A stretch of 27,320 nucleotides of DNA from Longimicrobiales bacterium. Its GTDB lineage: Bacteria; Gemmatimonadota; Gemmatimonadetes; Longimicrobiales; Gaopeijiaceae. Numbering within the stretch: position 1 is the first letter of the stretch; each line of letters opens with the position of its first letter. Below are positions 18,897-26,367 of this stretch, in pieces. Location of the stretch: NCBI GenBank assembly GCA_038259715.1, contig JBBSOM010000001.1, forward strand, positions 1 through 27,320. Direction: 5' to 3'. Both the position numbers and the translations under genes were made by a program. The notes below the pieces were generated by a model. It saw only the letters and a program-made list of their open reading frames with translations. It ran no database searches and was not told the DNA's origin.

Positions 18897-21223
18897 CGGA
18901 TGCGCACTCCCGCGTAGAGCGTGCGTGGCATGCCCGGCGCGAGCTCCTGGCCGCGGAACGCGTTGTAGCTCGCCCGTTCCGCATATCGTGTGTCCCCCAG
19001 ATTGTCCAGGCGCGCGAACAGGTCGAGTCGCTCCGTCACCGAATACGTGACCCGTGCATTCAGCAGGTCGTGACCCTCGTACTCGTTCTCGTTGGCGGCG
19101 TCCATCCAGTACGGACCCACCCTCACCCATTCGAGGGTCGCGTGCGCACCGCCCAGCCAGGTCGGCGACAACTCCAGGCGGACGTTGCCGATCTGGTGGG
19201 GCGCGAACTCCATCTCCTTGCCGCTGTAGTTGGTGCCATCGTCCAGGCGCCAGTCCTGATAGGTATGCTTCGCCACGGAGTAGGACACGTCGACCTCCAC
19301 GCCCGGCGCCAGGCCGAGCCCCACGCCCACCTCCACACCACGGTGTAGGGTCTCCCCCGCGTTCACGCTCTCCGTGTGTCCGTCGTCGTGCCGATAGTCC
19401 AGGACGTCGTCCAACTTGGACATCCGGTAAAGCGCTACGTCATAGCTGACGCGACTCCCGACGTGGCCGCGCAGGCCGGCCTCCAGCGAGTTGGCCTTCA
19501 CGGGCTCCAGATCCACGGTGTTGGTGGCTGAGCCCTGGCGGAAGAGCTGACCCTCCGAGGGCGCGCGGAAGCCCCTGCGGAACGATGCGAACAGGTTCAT
19601 CCCGTCGGTGGCCTGGAACGTGATGCCGACCTTCGGGCTCAGAGCCGCGAATCCGGGCGTTCCGTCCCCAGGTCGGCGGTGAGACCCGGTCTGGAGCGGC
19701 GCGAGGTGCGTCTGATAGTCGTATCCGAGCACGTCGAATCGGAGCCCCCCGCTCAGGTGGATGCCGTCGGTGGGTGTGACCTCGGCGTGCACATAAGGGG
19801 ACACCTGGTGGAACGTCACGTCGTAGTCGTACAGCGTTGCGCCGTCGGCATAAGAGGTGAAGACCTTGCCGTCCTTCGCGGGCGTGATCGAGTGCTCCCG
19901 GTAACTGCCCGGCGAGTAGTCCACGTCCACGCCCGCGATGACCCTGCCTTTTTGACCGAGCATCGGCCGGTCCACCTTGGCCAAGATGCCCACCGAGCTG
20001 TTCTCGGTTCTATAGATGGACGGGTCGTAGGTCAACGACCAATTGGGGAGGATGTCCATCGAGTTGTACCGGGCGTACGGCGTCAAACTCAACTTCCACG
20101 TCGCCGCTTGGCGCTCGTACGCGGCAGACGCGCGGAACGCCTGGACGTCCCGATAGGAAATGGGCGTGTAGTTCACGGTGGGGTCCGACTCGAAATCGCT
20201 CCGCGACACCGCGGAACTCCCTGCCGTGTTCTGGTCGATGGAGGAGTATGTCAGGACGGTCTTCAGGAAGGAGCCTTCGCCTGCGCGCCGATCCCAGCGA
20301 AGCGTGCCGGAATACCGGTCGTACTGTGTTCCCTCGCGCCACCCGTCGGTCCGGGTCGCGTTGAAGTCGGCTCGAAGGCCATTGCCGGCAGGGGTCCCGC
20401 TCAGCGATGCCAGGAGCCGCTTGTATCCGTATGCGCCACCCTCGAGGGAAAGTTCGGCTTCCGTGTCCTGGGACGGCGCCCGGGTCCCGACGTTGATGAC
20501 GCCGCCGATGGCATCGCTGCCATAGAGCGCGCTCGCCGGCCCCTTCATGACCTCGATGCGATCGGCCTGGGGGACGTTGACCTCGTACAGCGCATTGTGG
20601 TTGAAAAAGCCGGTGGACCGGGTCGGCACGCCGTCCTCGAGATACAGGTACACCGGGCTCGTCGACAACGGCTGGCGGATGGCGGTCATGTGGCCTTCTC
20701 CGCCCGTCACATTGACCCAGACCCCGGGCACCTGGCCCATGATCTCCGAGGGGTGGGCCGGGTGCACGTCTCGTAGAGCCGCCGACCCGATGACCCCCAC
20801 GGACGCGGCTACCTCCGAGAGGTTCTGCGCCTCCCTCGACGCGGTCACCACAACCTCCGGAATGGAGAGAGCCCGGTCGGCCAGCCGGAACGTGACGTCG
20901 GCGGTGCCCCCGGGCGTCACCGTCACGCTCTGGCGCCCGGTACCGTAGCCCACCCTTTCCGCCACCAACTCCCAACTGCCCGGGCGCAGACCCACCAGAA
21001 CGAATCGCCCGCTGCGATCGGTGAGCGCTCGCCGGCCCGCGGCCGGGACGAAGACGTCCACGGATGAAAGCGCCGCGCCGGTCCCGTCCGCGACCACCGA
21101 CCCGCGCACGGCGCCCGTCTCCTGCGCCGACAGAGGTCCCACGACAGCGAAAAGCCCCACGGTCAACGCGACATAGGTGTGCAGGGGCGATGCGCCCCAC
21201 CCGTACCTCAGCCTTCCCACCAT
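18893..21223 (-). CDS. TonB-dependent receptor with N-terminal carboxypeptidase-regulatory-like domain, ~776 aa
   Basis: Signal peptide ending LSA|QE. N-domain GAVRGSV...TDRSGRF...ERVGY. TonB box PEVVVTASR. Plug IEVMKGPASALYGSDAIGGVIN. C-terminal FARLDNLGD...PRTLYAGVRIR. GAGGGG RBS precedes ATG 21223; an alternative TTG is at 21229. Confidence 0.95.
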   Translation of the reverse strand: MVGRLRYGWGASPLHTYVALTVGLFAVVGPLSAQETGAVRGSVVADGTGAALSSVDVFVPAAGRRALTDRSGRFVLVGLRPGSWELVAERVGYGTGRQSVTVTPGGTADVTFRLADRALSIPEVVVTASREAQNLSEVAASVGVIGSAALRDVHPAHPSEIMGQVPGVWVNVTGGEGHMTAIRQPLSTSPVYLYLEDGVPTRSTGFFNHNALYEVNVPQADRIEVMKGPASALYGSDAIGGVINVGTRAPSQDTEAELSLEGGAYGYKRLLASLSGTPAGNGLRADFNATRTDGWREGTQYDRYSGTLRWDRRAGEGSFLKTVLTYSSIDQNTAGSSAVSRSDFESDPTVNYTPISYRDVQAFRASAAYERQAATWKLSLTPYARYNSMDILPNWSLTYDPSIYRTENSSVGILAKVDRPMLGQKGRVIAGVDVDYSPGSYREHSITPAKDGKVFTSYADGATLYDYDVTFHQVSPYVHAEVTPTDGIHLSGGLRFDVLGYDYQTHLAPLQTGSHRRPGDGTPGFAALSPKVGITFQATDGMNLFASFRRGFRAPSEGQLFRQGSATNTVDLEPVKANSLEAGLRGHVGSRVSYDVALYRMSKLDDVLDYRHDDGHTESVNAGETLHRGVEVGVGLGLAPGVEVDVSYSVAKHTYQDWRLDDGTNYSGKEMEFAPHQIGNVRLELSPTWLGGAHATLEWVRVGPYWMDAANENEYEGHDLLNARVTYSVTERLDLFARLDNLGDTRYAERASYNAFRGQELAPGMPRTLYAGVRIR

Positions 21224-21339
21224 GTCCAATCCCCTCGTTCATGAAGGGCTACGGCGCAATGAGGCCACCGCTGCCCACGGCAATAGGATCGACGCATGGC
21301 CCGGACGCGCCGGGACATACGCAGAGAAGCAAAACGGTC

Positions 21340-21723
21340 CTAGCCGTGGATCGGGGGTGCGGTGGCGAAGGGAAGGAGGCGGGCCGCCTGCCGGAGAGGT
21401 GGCTCGGAGCGCGGGGTGCCGGCGGTCGCCGTTGTGCTCGCTGCGGCCAATGTCAACGCAGGAGCGTCGTGGCCGCCGATGAATCCAACGACTCCCCCCG
21501 CCTGACACTGTCCCACGCAGGTGCACGCCCGATGCGAGGGCGGCGTCCCCGTGTCGCCATCGGCGGGGGTCATCGCATGATGGGCGCCGAGAGCGGCTCC
21601 GCCCAATGCGAGCGCGTCGTGGTGCGGGCAAGGATGGAAGCCCAGCGCTTCGCCGAGCGTCGCGACCTGGAACGCGACGGCGAACAGGAGGGCTGTCAAC
21701 CTGAGGATGGGCTTCCGTGTCAC
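21340..21723 (-). CDS. Small Cys/His-rich DUF2946/CruR-like leader protein, ~127 aa
   Basis: Hydrophobic N-terminus (LRLTALLFAVAFQVATLGEA), then HPCPHHD, AHHAM, CTCVGQC, an Ala/Pro/Thr-rich linker and C-terminal LLPFATAPPIHG*. It lies directly upstream of a TBDT. The GTG start has only a weak RBS. Confidence 0.72.
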   Translation of the reverse strand: MTRKPILRLTALLFAVAFQVATLGEALGFHPCPHHDALALGGAALGAHHAMTPADGDTGTPPSHRACTCVGQCQAGGVVGFIGGHDAPALTLAAASTTATAGTPRSEPPLRQAARLLPFATAPPIHG

Positions 21724-21752
21724 CGTGCTTCGTCGTGTGGATGGCGTCGGGG

Positions 21753-21782
21753 AATATACCCGGAACGGTCGTAGCGGACCAA
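21753..21782 (-). promoter_or_regulatory. Putative sigma70-type promoter for the leader-TBDT operon
   Basis: Minus strand reads TTGGTC-N18-TATATT, with the -10 ending about 30 nt before GTG 21723. Confidence 0.4.
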
Positions 21783-21890
21783 CGAAGTGCCTCGCGGCCT
21801 GAGACCTGGGAGTTACGCCCTGCGCTTGCGCGCCTCGACGACCGGTAGGCATCATCCCGCCACCATCCACCGCCCGAGAGGAGCTTCGTC

Positions 21891-22358
21891 ATGCGCGCCG
21901 TCTACGTTCTGGCCTTCGCCGCCACCCTCGCCACTCCATGCCTGTTCATGCCGGGCCTGTCCGTGCAGGGCCTATCCGCGCAAGCGGCCCCCCGCATCGC
22001 CCATCAGCCCGCCGACGGCCGTCCGTACAGCGCCGCCGTACAGGTGGGCGACACGTATTGGTTCAGCGGCAAGGTCGGCGCCACCGCCGAGACCCGGGCG
22101 ATGACGGACGGGCGGGTCGCCGCCGAGACCCGGAACATCATGGAGCAGTTCAAGTCGCTCTTCGCCGAGTTGGGGCTCGACTTCGGAAACGTCGTGAAGG
22201 GGACCATCTATCTGGCCGACATCGACGGGTACGCGGAGCTGAACCAGGTGTATGGCGAGTACTTCAAGAGCGATCCTCCGGCACGGGAGGCGGTGGCGGT
22301 CAAGGACCTCGTGGGAGGAGCCGCGCTCGAGATCTCCTTCATCGCGGTGAAGCGCTGA
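21891..22358 (+). CDS. RidA/YjgF/YER057c family protein with N-terminal signal-peptide-like extension, 155 aa
   Basis: Motifs YSAAVQVGDTYWFSG, ELNQVYGEYF, PPAR (catalytic Arg) and LEISFIA. Hydrophobic N-terminus. GAGGAG RBS. Confidence 0.88.
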   Translation: MRAVYVLAFAATLATPCLFMPGLSVQGLSAQAAPRIAHQPADGRPYSAAVQVGDTYWFSGKVGATAETRAMTDGRVAAETRNIMEQFKSLFAELGLDFGNVVKGTIYLADIDGYAELNQVYGEYFKSDPPAREAVAVKDLVGGAALEISFIAVKR

Positions 22359-22361
22359 CAG

Positions 22362-24557
22362 ATGGACGATCGACGTCCCCCTTATGCCGTCGCGGTCCTC
22401 GTGGGCCTGGCGGTCTTCGCGCTGTATGTCGTGACCCTTGCGCCGACGACGGCGTTCTGGGACACGAGTGAATACATCGCGACCGCCTACATCCTCGGCA
22501 TTCCCCATCCCCCGGGAAATCCGCTCTTCGTGGTGCTCGCCCGATCGTGGAGCCTGCTGCTCTCTCCGTTCGGACTTCCGGTTGCCGTCCGCATCAACTT
22601 ATTCGCCGCGACCACGAGCGCGCTCGCCAGCGGCTGCCTTTTTCTGGTGGCGCACCGCATGGTCGCACCCAGGTTGGCGGGCCGTAAGGCGCTGGTCGGC
22701 GCGGCGGCGGCGACGCTGATAGGGGCCACCAGCTACACGGTGTGGGGGCAGTCGACCGTCAACGAGAAGGTCTATACGCTCAGCGTGGCGGTGATCGCCG
22801 CCGTGACCTGGCTCGCGCTCCGCTGGCGCGACCGTCGGGATGAGCCGGGAAGCGAGCGACTCCTGCTGTGGGCGCTCTTCCTGATGGTGCTCGGCAGTAC
22901 CAACCATCTCATGTCGGTGCTTCCGGCCCCCGCGTTGGCCGTACTGGTTCTGCTTTCGGCCCCCATGAAGGTCCTGCGGCCGAGCTTCCTGGGCCGCGCC
23001 GTGGCACTTGTGGTGCTCGGCCTGTCCCTGAACTTCTTTCTACCCATCCGCGCCGCTCAGAAGCCCGTCATCAACGAAGGGGACGCCACCTGCGAGAGCG
23101 CCGTGTCGGCCGCGGTCGCGATCTATTCGAACGGGAAGGCCGGGTGCCCCGCACTCGCCTACAATCTTGCGCGGAAGCAATACCAGAAGCCGCCGGTCAC
23201 GGAGCGCCAGGCGCCCGTGAGAGCCCAACTCGCGAATTTCTGGCAGTATTTCGACTGGCAGTGGACGCGCGGGCTGGACGTCAGCCAACTCCCGTCGGGC
23301 ACCAGGCTCCCGTTCACACTGCTGTTCCTGGCCCTGGGTCTTTGCGGCTTGTGGATGGCGTGGACGGCCGATCGGGTGGTGTTCGCGTACATGGGCACGC
23401 TCGTCGTCACGTTGACCCTCGGGCTCGTCTATTATCTGAACTTCAAGTACGGGTATTCGCTGTCACCCAACGTTCCCGGTGGGTCGACCACGCACGAGGT
23501 CCGGGAGCGCGACTACTTCTTCGTCGCCGCGTTTCTTTTATGGGGTGTCCTGTCCGGCGTAGGACTGGCCTGGGTCTGGAGTACGCTCGCCTCGGCCACG
23601 CGGCACGCGCGCGGGTGGGTGCTGGCCGCGCCCGTCCTGGCGGTGGCCTTCGTGCCGCTCGCCACGAACTGGAGTTGGGCGTCGCGCGCTGGAGACTACG
23701 CGGCGCGTGACTGGGCCTATGACCTGCTCATGAGCGTCGAACCGTACGCCATCCTCTTCACGAACGGCGACAACGACACGTTTCCGCTCTGGTATCTCCA
23801 GGAGGTGGAAGGGGTGCGCCGCGACGTGACGGTCGTCGTCGGCCAGTACCTCTTCACGGACTGGTATCCCAAGCAGATCAAGGAGTTGACCACTCCAGGC
23901 CGTCAGCGACCTTACGACGCGCCCGAGTTGGCGGAAATCTACGACGCGCCCGACCACCCGCCCGAGCGGCCGGTCACCACCCTGGACGCCGCCCAGATGG
24001 ACCAGATCCAGGGAGCGCGCCTCGATCAGGACGTGACGGTGCCCTTTCCCCAGCTCGCGGTCACGTATCCTTCCGGGATGGTTATGAACCGTGACGCGCA
24101 AATCGCGCTGGCGTTCATCCACGATTCGATCGACGAGCGCCCCATTTATTTCGCGGCGACCGGGGGCCTCATGACCACGCTCGGCCTCGGCCGGTGGGGC
24201 GTGCGTCACGGCCTGGCCGTGAAGCTCGCGCTACGCAAACTCGACCAGGCGCAGCCGGAAGGCCTCGTGAAGGGCTCGGACCAGTACGGGGGAGAGTACT
24301 TCGACCTGAAGTCTTCCCTGGCGCTGTACGAGGATCTCTACCAGTACCGCTCGATCCGGAACCGGGACATCTGGTCCGACCGGTCCACGCTGAACATCCC
24401 GTGGTACTACTACGTGATGGCGCTTCAGCTTTCGGACGTCGCCAAGCTCGCGGGACAGCCCGCCGCCGTCGTGAGCCGGCTACAACAGGACGCGCTCGCG
24501 TTCCAGGTCGTGGCCGACGGCGGTCGGATCGGCACGCCCGGCGAAGCGGGGAAGTGA
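22362..24557 (+). CDS. DUF2723 / TMEM260-like multi-pass membrane GT-C glycosyltransferase, 731 aa
   Basis: N-terminal TLAPTTAFWDTSEYIATAYILGIPHPPGNPLF, then NEKVY, EVRERDYFF and LFTNGDNDTFPLWYLQEVEGVRRDV, with many TM segments. Confidence 0.88.
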   Translation: MDDRRPPYAVAVLVGLAVFALYVVTLAPTTAFWDTSEYIATAYILGIPHPPGNPLFVVLARSWSLLLSPFGLPVAVRINLFAATTSALASGCLFLVAHRMVAPRLAGRKALVGAAAATLIGATSYTVWGQSTVNEKVYTLSVAVIAAVTWLALRWRDRRDEPGSERLLLWALFLMVLGSTNHLMSVLPAPALAVLVLLSAPMKVLRPSFLGRAVALVVLGLSLNFFLPIRAAQKPVINEGDATCESAVSAAVAIYSNGKAGCPALAYNLARKQYQKPPVTERQAPVRAQLANFWQYFDWQWTRGLDVSQLPSGTRLPFTLLFLALGLCGLWMAWTADRVVFAYMGTLVVTLTLGLVYYLNFKYGYSLSPNVPGGSTTHEVRERDYFFVAAFLLWGVLSGVGLAWVWSTLASATRHARGWVLAAPVLAVAFVPLATNWSWASRAGDYAARDWAYDLLMSVEPYAILFTNGDNDTFPLWYLQEVEGVRRDVTVVVGQYLFTDWYPKQIKELTTPGRQRPYDAPELAEIYDAPDHPPERPVTTLDAAQMDQIQGARLDQDVTVPFPQLAVTYPSGMVMNRDAQIALAFIHDSIDERPIYFAATGGLMTTLGLGRWGVRHGLAVKLALRKLDQAQPEGLVKGSDQYGGEYFDLKSSLALYEDLYQYRSIRNRDIWSDRSTLNIPWYYYVMALQLSDVAKLAGQPAAVVSRLQQDALAFQVVADGGRIGTPGEAGK

Positions 24558-24588
24558 GCGCGAGCGGGCCGCTCCGGCGCCCGTACGT

Positions 24589-24990
24589 CTACCTTCGGCT
24601 GGCCGGGTCTTCTTCGTCCGCGGCTGCGGCGGCCTCGTCGAGGAGCGCCCTGAGACGAGTCACCTCGTCGGCGCGCAGGGGTCGGTCGGAGACAAGCCGC
24701 GCCATCGCCAACTCGGCGGAGCCCTGGAAGATCTTGTCCACGATGCGGCGCAGCGCGTCGCCTCCCGCCTCTTCCGGCGCCACGACGGCGAAGTAGCGGT
24801 ACGCGCGCCCCTCCGACTCGTGTCGGACCAGGCTCTTCTCCTCCAGGATCTGCAGCATCTTGAGGACGCTGGTGTAGCCCAGGTCCACCGTGAGCGCGTC
24901 GCGCACCTCGGCAACGGTGCCGGATCCGGCACGCCAGAGCACGCTCATGATGTCCAGCTCCCGCTCGGTGAACGAGGTCTCTCCTCCCAT
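24589..24990 (-). CDS. BlaI/MecI/CopY family transcriptional repressor, 133 aa
   Basis: FTERELDIMSVLW, YTSVLKMLQILEEKSLV, EGRAYRY and IVDKIFQGS form a winged HTH plus dimerisation helix. GGGAG RBS precedes ATG 24990. Confidence 0.92.
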   Translation of the reverse strand: MGGETSFTERELDIMSVLWRAGSGTVAEVRDALTVDLGYTSVLKMLQILEEKSLVRHESEGRAYRYFAVVAPEEAGGDALRRIVDKIFQGSAELAMARLVSDRPLRADEVTRLRALLDEAAAAADEEDPASRR

Positions 24991-25033
24991 TCGATCTCCC
25001 GTCGAAGCCTGTCCCCCGGCAGCAGGGGGCATA

Positions 25034-25049
25034 TACGAAATATTTCGTA
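25034..25049. promoter_or_regulatory. Putative BlaI operator, perfect 16-bp palindrome TACGAAATATTTCGTA
   Basis: Perfect palindrome inside the only markedly AT-rich patch I noticed, upstream of blaI. The TACG..CGTA half-sites resemble the TAC(A/G) cores of BlaI/MecI/CopY operators. Confidence 0.7.
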
Positions 25050-25050
25050 G

Positions 25051-25080
25051 ATAATATGCCCCTGGACCGGCCCGTGTCCA
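25051..25080 (-). promoter_or_regulatory. Putative sigma70 promoter of blaI
   Basis: Minus strand reads TGGACA (25080-25075), N18, TATTAT (25056-25051). The palindrome begins 1 nt downstream of the -10 and covers the expected start site. Confidence 0.6.
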
Positions 25081-25169
25081 GGGTACGCAGCTCGTCGTAG
25101 AGGGGAGGCGGCCCTGACCAGGGGCTGCCGGGTGAGGAACCCGCGGTGTCAGGAGGGGTGCAATTGCCC

Positions 25170-26348
25170 ATGTCCGAGCCCGAATTGTCCCGCGAGGAAA
25201 TCTACCGCTACGCGCGCCACCTGGTCCTGCCCGAAGTCGGCCCCGAAGGGCAGCGCCGTCTCAAGGCCGCGCGCGTCGTGTGCGTCGGCGCCGGAGGGCT
25301 CGGCTCACCCCTGGCATTGTATCTGGCCGCGGCCGGCGTCGGCACGTTGGGTCTCGTGGACTTCGACGTGGTCGATGCTTCGAACCTCCATCGACAACTG
25401 CTCCACGGCACCCGCGACGTGGGCCGGAGCAAGCTCGACAGCGCGGCCGACCGCCTGGCCGACGTGAATCCACATGTCGAGATCGTGCGCCACGAACTCC
25501 GCCTGAGCAGCGAGAACGCGCTCGACGTGCTGGGGGGGTACGACGTGGTGGTGGACGGCACGGACAACTTCCCGACACGCTATCTGGTCAACGACGCCTG
25601 CGTCCTGCTCGGCAAGCCGAACGTGTACGGTTCGATCTTCCGTTGGGAGGGTCAGGTTTCGGTGTTTGCGATGCCCGGGGGGCCCTGCTATCGATGCCTC
25701 TTCCGGGAACCGCCTCCTCCTGGCCTCGTTCCCAACTGCGCCGAAGGCGGCGTCATGGGTGTTCTGCCCGGAATCATCGGCTCCATGCAGGCCATGGAGA
25801 CAATCAAGCTCGTGCTCGGCCTCGGTGACTCGCTCTCCGGCCGCCTGCTCCTCTTCGATGCCCTGGCGATGACATGGCGGGAGATCTCCGTCCGCCGCAA
25901 TCCTGAATGCCCCGTGTGCGGGGACGTACCGACGCAGAAGGGGCTCATCGACTACGACGTCTTCTGCGGCGTGGCTCCCGCGGACTCCGATGCCGCCTCG
26001 TCACCTTCCGGAAAAGAGGGAACCGTGGAAGAACTGGAACCCCGACAACTCGTCGAGCTCCTGTCGGCCGACCCGCCTCCGTTCCTGCTCGATGTGCGGG
26101 AGCCGTGGGAGTGGCAGGTGAGCAACCTCGAGTCGAAGGGAGCCGTGCTCATCCCGATGGACCGGCTCGAAGAGCACCTGGTCGAAGTGCCGACCGACCG
26201 GCCCGTGGTCGTGTGCTGCCGGAGCGGGCAGCGGAGCCTCATGGCGGCCAACTTCCTGGTGGCGTCGGGCAGGAGGGACGTCTACAACCTCCGCGGAGGG
26301 ATGAAGGCGTGGGCGCGGGACATCGCACCCGACACCCCGGTCGCGTAG
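25170..26348 (+). CDS. moeB: MoeB/ThiF E1-like adenylyltransferase fused to a C-terminal rhodanese (MoeZ/MOCS3 type), ~392 aa
   Basis: Motifs RYARHLVLPEVG, VGAGGLGSP, DFDVVDASNLHRQ, DGTDNFPTRY, Zn motifs CYRC and CPVC, and rhodanese CCRSGQRS. Start is ATG 25170 or TTG 25164 (AGGAGG, 7-nt spacer). Confidence 0.92.
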   Translation: MSEPELSREEIYRYARHLVLPEVGPEGQRRLKAARVVCVGAGGLGSPLALYLAAAGVGTLGLVDFDVVDASNLHRQLLHGTRDVGRSKLDSAADRLADVNPHVEIVRHELRLSSENALDVLGGYDVVVDGTDNFPTRYLVNDACVLLGKPNVYGSIFRWEGQVSVFAMPGGPCYRCLFREPPPPGLVPNCAEGGVMGVLPGIIGSMQAMETIKLVLGLGDSLSGRLLLFDALAMTWREISVRRNPECPVCGDVPTQKGLIDYDVFCGVAPADSDAASSPSGKEGTVEELEPRQLVELLSADPPPFLLDVREPWEWQVSNLESKGAVLIPMDRLEEHLVEVPTDRPVVVCCRSGQRSLMAANFLVASGRRDVYNLRGGMKAWARDIAPDTPVA

Positions 26349-26367
26349 GGCGGGGAGCGGCCACCTG

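Noticed and set aside
21239-21892. 217-aa minus-strand ORF overlapping the leader gene
   Set aside because: Arg/Pro/Ser-rich with no motifs. The overlapping frame ending at 21340 has a coherent signal, Cys cluster and APP architecture.
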